14,177 nt of DNA from NCBI RefSeq assembly GCF_000143415.4, contig NW_003314542.1:1-14177 (forward strand). The letters run 5' to 3'. This DNA is from Selaginella moellendorffii (lineage: Eukaryota > Plantae > Lycopodiophyta). This document shows positions 9,120-14,177 of this stretch, piece after piece. The notes below the pieces were generated by a model. It was not told where the DNA came from, ran no database searches, and saw only the letters and a program-made list of their open reading frames with translations. Within the stretch, counting starts at the first letter, position 1. Each line of letters starts with the position of its first letter. The translations under genes and the position numbers were made by a program.

Positions 9120-9776
9120 ATGGTCTCTCGCGCTCATGCCGCCCCAATGCTTGCCCGCCGAGCTCAAGCGCCTTGGCATGGCGGCCATCACCGAGCTTCA
9201 CACCCATGAGCTCCAGCTCTAGCTCAAGCACATCCAGCACACCACCATGGACACCAAGGCCACGAGCCAGCGCCAGCTTTAGCTCCAGTTCTTCAAGGTG
9301 ACGCTCCAGATCGAGCCCCAGCGCCAGCTGCTTTCATTCACCCTGCTCACGGCTACCCTGCTCATCTAGCTCCAGCGCCTGCTATCCTCGATCATGCTCG
9401 CCACCACCATCCAGCTCCAGCAGCAGCAGTGTACCATCATCATCACGGTGATGGAGCTCCTCTGGTTGTTCACCACCATCACCATGGTCACCACCATGGA
9501 GGACGCCACAACCACCACCATCACCACCACCACCATCGTCGTGACGGTCACGACGCAGCAGTGGCCACACCAACACCCGCAGCAGTAGTTACAGTGGTTC
9601 GGAGGACGCCGTGGTCGCTGCTCCAGCTTCTTCTCTGGGTTTTGGTTGCGATCTTGGTGCTGCTCGCGTGCTTTTTGCTCGTGCGATGGATGTTATCTCG
9701 AAGGAAGCAGCGCAGTAATGTGATCTTTCAGGATCCCAGGTGGCAGATCGAAGTTGTGGAGGACGATCCTGACTGA
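9120..9776 (+). pseudogene. His/Ala/Pro-rich single-pass membrane protein, copy 2 (218 codons, one internal TGA at 9207-9209)
   Basis: Manual translation from ATG 9120: MVSRAHAAPMLARRAQAPWHGGHHRASHP*APALAQAHPAHHHGHQGHEPAPALAPVLQGDAPDRAPAPAAFIHPAHGYPAHLAPAPAILDHARHHHPAPAAAVYHHHH..., continuing into track ORF 9429-9776 with TM segment and RRKQR. Confidence 0.7.
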
Positions 9777-10076
9777 GAAGAAACAGCTGGAAGCTCACAC
9801 TCATGGTTCGCACAGCAATGGGACTCTAGGATTCTCCTCAAAGTGTCCTGCCAACACTGGCAGTGACGCGTAACTCAGCACAGTGCATGCGTTGTCACAT
9901 GGACGATTGTGTACAAACAATCTTTAAGGAGATTAAGTTGCAGAGCAAGAAGACAGCAGGCTCTTGCTCACGGACAGTGAAGATCACATACAAGGGTCAA
10001 CTACCAGACTTGGAAGTTATTGCACAGCTGGCTCGGAACATGGACTGGAAAATAGAGCAAGAACCTACCAAGTTTC

Positions 10077-10499
10077 GTGTTGGTTTTACCAATTGCTTTA
10101 CTCATCCTCTTGAATAACACTCTCTTTTCGTCCTCTTGTGAATACTAATACTATTATTATAAGCACTAGTAACATTCTTCATGGTTGCCTGCAGATGCAG
10201 ATGCTTGCCTATAGAAACCTGCTGGAGATGGTGGTCTTTCCAAAGCTCATCACTCAAAAGGCTCTTGAAATGCAACAAAAGATGCCAGAATCTCCAAGGA
10301 TGAGTATTCAAATGGTGCTTTCTTTGCTAAGGGGATGTAGCTCAGCTGGTAGAGCGTTTGCTTAGCATGCAAGAGGCACCGGGATCGATACCCAGCATCT
10401 CCAAATATGTTTGATTATTGGATCGTTCCATGTGTTTTGAGCGATTTTACTGGTGTTGACCTCTGGATGGATGTTGCACCGTGAGACCATCAAAACAGC
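10077..10499 (+). repeat. Module T copy 2
   Basis: Duplicate of 8226-8682, fused directly to the end of module H with a 1-bp G overlap. Confidence 0.95.
10331..10403 (+). tRNA. trnA-AGC: tRNA-Ala(AGC), near-intact (possibly pseudo)
   Basis: Acceptor GGGGATG/CATCTCC with the G3:U70 Ala determinant, D-stem GCTC/GAGC, anticodon stem TTTGC/GCAAG with loop TTAGCAT, T-loop ATCGATA. One C:A mismatch in the T-stem (CCGGG/CCCAG). Confidence 0.85.
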
Positions 10500-10516
10500 C
10501 AGAAGTGACAAAGAAC

Positions 10517-10816
10517 CATCAGAAGTGTTCAGGAGGACAAAGAAACACGACGTTGGTTGCCTGGAACATGATCATCATGGGACAGCACGTCTTCTATCAT
10601 ATGCAATGAGAAGCTGGCCTGCCAGACTTTGCATGGAGCAGCAAGACATCGTTTCCTGGGATATGCTGAGAACAACCTTTGCTCTTTAGTGCTACGAGCA
10701 AACCGGCAGCCAAATGCTCAGACTTTTCATGGTGGCGCTCAAGGCACGTGGCGACTTAGCAGAGAAGAGGCTCCACTCGCAGATCCGGGAGAGAAATCTG
10801 GACGGAATCCACTACT
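10517..10816 (+). pseudogene. PPR gene fragment copy 2 (duplicate of 1031-1340)
   Basis: About 94% identical to 1031-1340. EVFRRTKKHDV, LGYAEN, QPNAQTF, VALKA, RLHSQIRERNLD. Has an extra 13-bp deletion and a 1-bp insertion. Confidence 0.85.
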
Positions 10817-11490
10817 TGCTCAGAGTGGAGACATGCCTGCCGCTTGAGAAGTTTTGTACCCCAAGTTCAGAAGTACTCTGGCATCACTGTCACGATGACA
10901 CACTTCTTCTTGCACTACTCATTTGGAGTAACTGGAGAGTGCCCTACGAAGCATGATGGTCATAGGTACTATAGTGTTTTCATTAGTTCATAGCTTTTTT
11001 GTTTCGTCTTATAGCCTTCACAAAGTACTTCGTTTATGCAATTCTGTCGAGCTAGTTTAAAATCCCTATCTTCAAGCTGTTTTGAGGAAACTGAAGCTTG
11101 GCAATGAAAAGCTGTGGAGTTATCTCCTTACACATGGTAAGTATCTTCTTCTTTAACTTTTTCATCAATGACATGGATGGGAATGGACATAAAATTTTAT
11201 TGTGGAGAGGCTATTAAGGAAGGTTACTTTTCATTTAAGTGCTTGGGAGTTGCTTGAGAACTAGGAGTGCTGTGTCAGAATGAGGAAACTCCATTGTATC
11301 ACTGAAGGCATATGCTCTAATCTCATGGATCCGAAAACTTAATCAAAATCAGAGAAAAGCTTTTCTCAGGAGCTTGTTGCTAAGCTTTGTGAGGAAAGAG
11401 TGTGATGCAAGGTTGATGGAGCTGTCAATGAAACCCAAACTAATATGGTACCTGAAAACAAGCAAAAGGATCTTATGCTGAAGAGATAAA
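10817..11490 (+). pseudogene. Intron-containing gene relic (module Y), unknown product
   Basis: Exon 10817-10965, 49-bp GT..AG intron 10966-11014, exon 11015-11136, then donor GTAAGT. The spliced frame reads CSEWRHACRLRSFVPQVQKYSG...TKHDGHSLHKVLRLCNSVELV*NPYLQAVLRKLKLGNEKLWSYLLTH with one stop. Further decayed coding-like sequence runs to about 11490. Confidence 0.55.
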
Positions 11491-13931
11491 AATATTTGAG
11501 AAAATACTTATCTCGTAAATAATTTGCTTGGTTTACTTGAAATAATTTAATTGAGAAATAATGTTAAACATATTTATAATTTATAAACCAAGATTAATAA
11601 TCAATAGTGGAATAGAAAAGAATATACTAGAAAGTTTTTTTTTGAGATTTTATAAATTATAAACATGTTCACAAATTATAAAAAATAGATTAATCTAAAT
11701 GAACAACAACCATTAGATAGTAGATTATCCAAGCATATTCAAAGTTTATTCAATACCACTTCAAGTTCAATTATAGATCTATGGTGTTTGGTCACTTAAA
11801 CTTACACAAGCTTATTCACAAACCTAACTCATGTACTCATTAATATATAGATTTCTTTTCCCAAACTTATATAATTAAACCGATATAAAAACTTGGGACT
11901 TGCAGTTTTCCAACGTTTTGTTTCAACAATTCCTTGTACAAATATACAAACTTCATAATTAAAATTCAAGTTATTTAAATCTTTTCTGATTTTGTATTAG
12001 TAGAAGAGAAATAACAAAGATATGAATATTACAAATACTTGGTCAAAGAAAGCAAAGACAATATACTCAAAGGCAATATAGTTAAAAATTAAATACAAAC
12101 ATCAATCAACAATACCATAATCACAAGTATATAGTTTTCAGTTAAGAAAGTGATATTGCAAATGGGAATTTTCACAACATCACAATCAACTAATTCCCAA
12201 GTTGCAATTGCATATACTTTTTTTAACATTAAACTTTGAAAGTCTTTCATCCTTTGCATATTATGGATCTAAATGTTACAGTTTGGATTCATTATAATGT
12301 TTGAACATAAGGTGAAAAATATAGATATTGATATTGTAATATATAACTTAAACAATTAGTATAAATACTAATTTATTGAATACTAAATTAACAAATTACT
12401 CTCTAAATTAGGTGATAACCCAAAACCTCTGCCACAAAGATTAGATGGTGGTAAGTTAAACAGATGTAAATATTATTTAAATTATTAATTTTAATTAAAA
12501 TATGTGATTAATAAAACTGTTTGCAGCTAAAACCTTAATAAAATATTCTTTAGTGTATCAAAATATTTTTGTCAACTCCCTTGGCTCACTATTTACTAGC
12601 TCCTTATATTAGCAAATATAACTATTTGAAAGAGATGCCATTTTAAGTTCTTTTTTAAACACTACTAAATAATATATATTAAGTTGGTTTAGGATTTTCA
12701 ACACCATCAATGTTTTATGGTTTCATGAGTAACAAAGCATAAACAAATTGATAAGGTATTAGAATTGTCTATAATGGTGATATAAACAAAGTTTTAGTTA
12801 AATGAAAAAGAGTTGCCTTTTCCATTAGGAATAAAGTTTATATGAACGCACAGGGTAATATATTTAAGTTAACCACAAGTGGTTTTGCTAGAGTTTAAAA
12901 GGTATAAACACTTTACAAGATGCAAATAAGTACTACAAGTTTATACGTTTATAGTGGGTTGGAGGTAATGTTTATTAAAAAATGCAATTTTACAACTACA
13001 AACTTCATTGATATAGTGGTTTATATGTTTTCCACATTTAAGGACTGTAGTTATTTCTCAAATAAGGAAGTACTCATATTGATCTCTTTACTAATTCGCT
13101 TTCTTTATTCAATGATTTTTGAAATACCTGCTACAAAGTGTTAACAATAAATCTTATTGAAATTTACCATATGATATGGCTATCAAAAACAAATTGCTTA
13201 AAATGCATATTTTCAAATAAAACATGCTACAACGACTTGGTCATCTCTATGCTACAATAGACCTTTATACACTTTTATATAAAAAGCTAAGTTATAAAAA
13301 AAATCAACATAATTTTGAGGGTTTGGTGGAATGTTTATCTACTACAACATTGACACAACCTCTTGGTCACAAAGTAATAAAAGTGATGAGATCAACTTTA
13401 TATGATTTTAGAATTTAATTTGCAGTAAAACCAATTGAGAACCTTGAAACTATCAAAAGAAAGGAATGAGTAAGTGAGCCCATACAACAAACACATTTGC
13501 ACTATCTCAAATATAAGTATATAACTATAGAACAAAGAGGACCAATGTTTTTGAGCAATGAAGAGCCTAGATGCTTCCAAGTCAAATTAGAAAAGATTCA
13601 TAGAAATTAGTGAGTTAGATATCGACTTAAAGTAAGTTCTACAATCAAATGTTTTACTTGGATTGGAGGAATATTATATAGTAAGCAAATTACTATATGA
13701 ACTTTACACACTCCATTTGATTGTTTTTGTAGATAACAACAATATGGCAATCCTCCACAATATTGTGATTATTCATGTTGTTATGTCCTATAGAAGTTCT
13801 GCTCACATAGTCTATGTAGTGTTAACTATCCAGAAAGTAAAATATATACTATGTATTTAATTAGTTGAAGAAGGGGTGAAATTGATGAATTTGGAGCTTT
13901 GGGCTTTAGTTGAAGCAAACTTTAAATTTGA
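11351..13931. repeat. Module Y' plus AT-rich unit copy 2
   Basis: Collinear with 1359-3851. Ends at ctttaaatttga (13931/3851). Confidence 0.9.
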
Positions 13932-14177
13932 GAAGAAGCAGTGCAGGGCATAGCAGCCAGATAAGTTTCTCCAGAGTCAAGCTGGGAATCAAGCAAGTGC
14001 AATTGTGAAAGTATGGTCAAAGTCTACACTGCGGCTTGCAACACAGGTTGTTCAACAGGATGGGACAAAGAACAGGATAGGTTGGTCTACCCCGCAAATT
14101 GTGAATACAAAGCCGATGCATTCGTCACAAGCAGCCTCGTGGACATGTGGAAGCATCACAAGTGTTCAGGAGGACAA
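13929..14177 (+). repeat. Module X copy 2 with start of a third PPR fragment (14103 onward), truncated by window end
   Basis: Duplicate of 806-1054, encoding ...DAFVTSSLVDM. Confidence 0.95.

Noticed and set aside
9207-9209. In-frame TGA as selenocysteine or programmed readthrough
   Set aside because: Land plants lack Sec machinery and there is no redox motif. CGA>TGA decay is simpler, and stops explicable by C>T are common across the window.
9366-9588. Gly-rich, Val/Met-rich and Thr-rich ORFs in other frames and strand
   Set aside because: By-products of CAC/CAT/GGT repeats. Only the His frame links an ATG, AP repeats and a TM helix.
1-14177. CRISPR array or prokaryotic defence system
   Set aside because: No regularly spaced short repeats or operon structure. 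The content is eukaryotic plant nuclear sequence.

Overview
Land-plant nuclear DNA. The PLS-type PPR wording, very short GT-AG introns and plant tRNA-Ala(AGC) suggest a lycophyte such as Selaginella, but this is inference. No clearly intact protein gene is present. The window is a mosaic of duplicated, mostly plus-strand modules in shuffled order: H = His/Ala/Pro-rich single-TM ORF plus Cys-rich tail (1-655; 9120-10077); X+PPR = exon fragment and collapsed PPR pseudogene (658-1340; 10517-10816; 13929-14177); Y = spliced gene relic (10817-11490, partly 1359-1531); a ~2.3 kb AT-rich unit (to 3851; to 13931; plus a condensed third copy); T = tRNA-Ala(AGC)-bearing block (8226-8682; 10077-10499). 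A 3.5 kb minus-strand Ty3/gypsy element (4116-7608) is inserted in the third AT-rich copy. It has short LTRs, an AGAT TSD, a tRNA-Ala-type PBS, a PPT, gag, protease and integrase, but no RT/RNase H, with protease running in frame into integrase. The best leads are this RT-less LTR element, the hidden ~218-codon His-rich membrane-protein ORF, and the module shuffling with a templated-filler junction. Identity figures are by-eye estimates.
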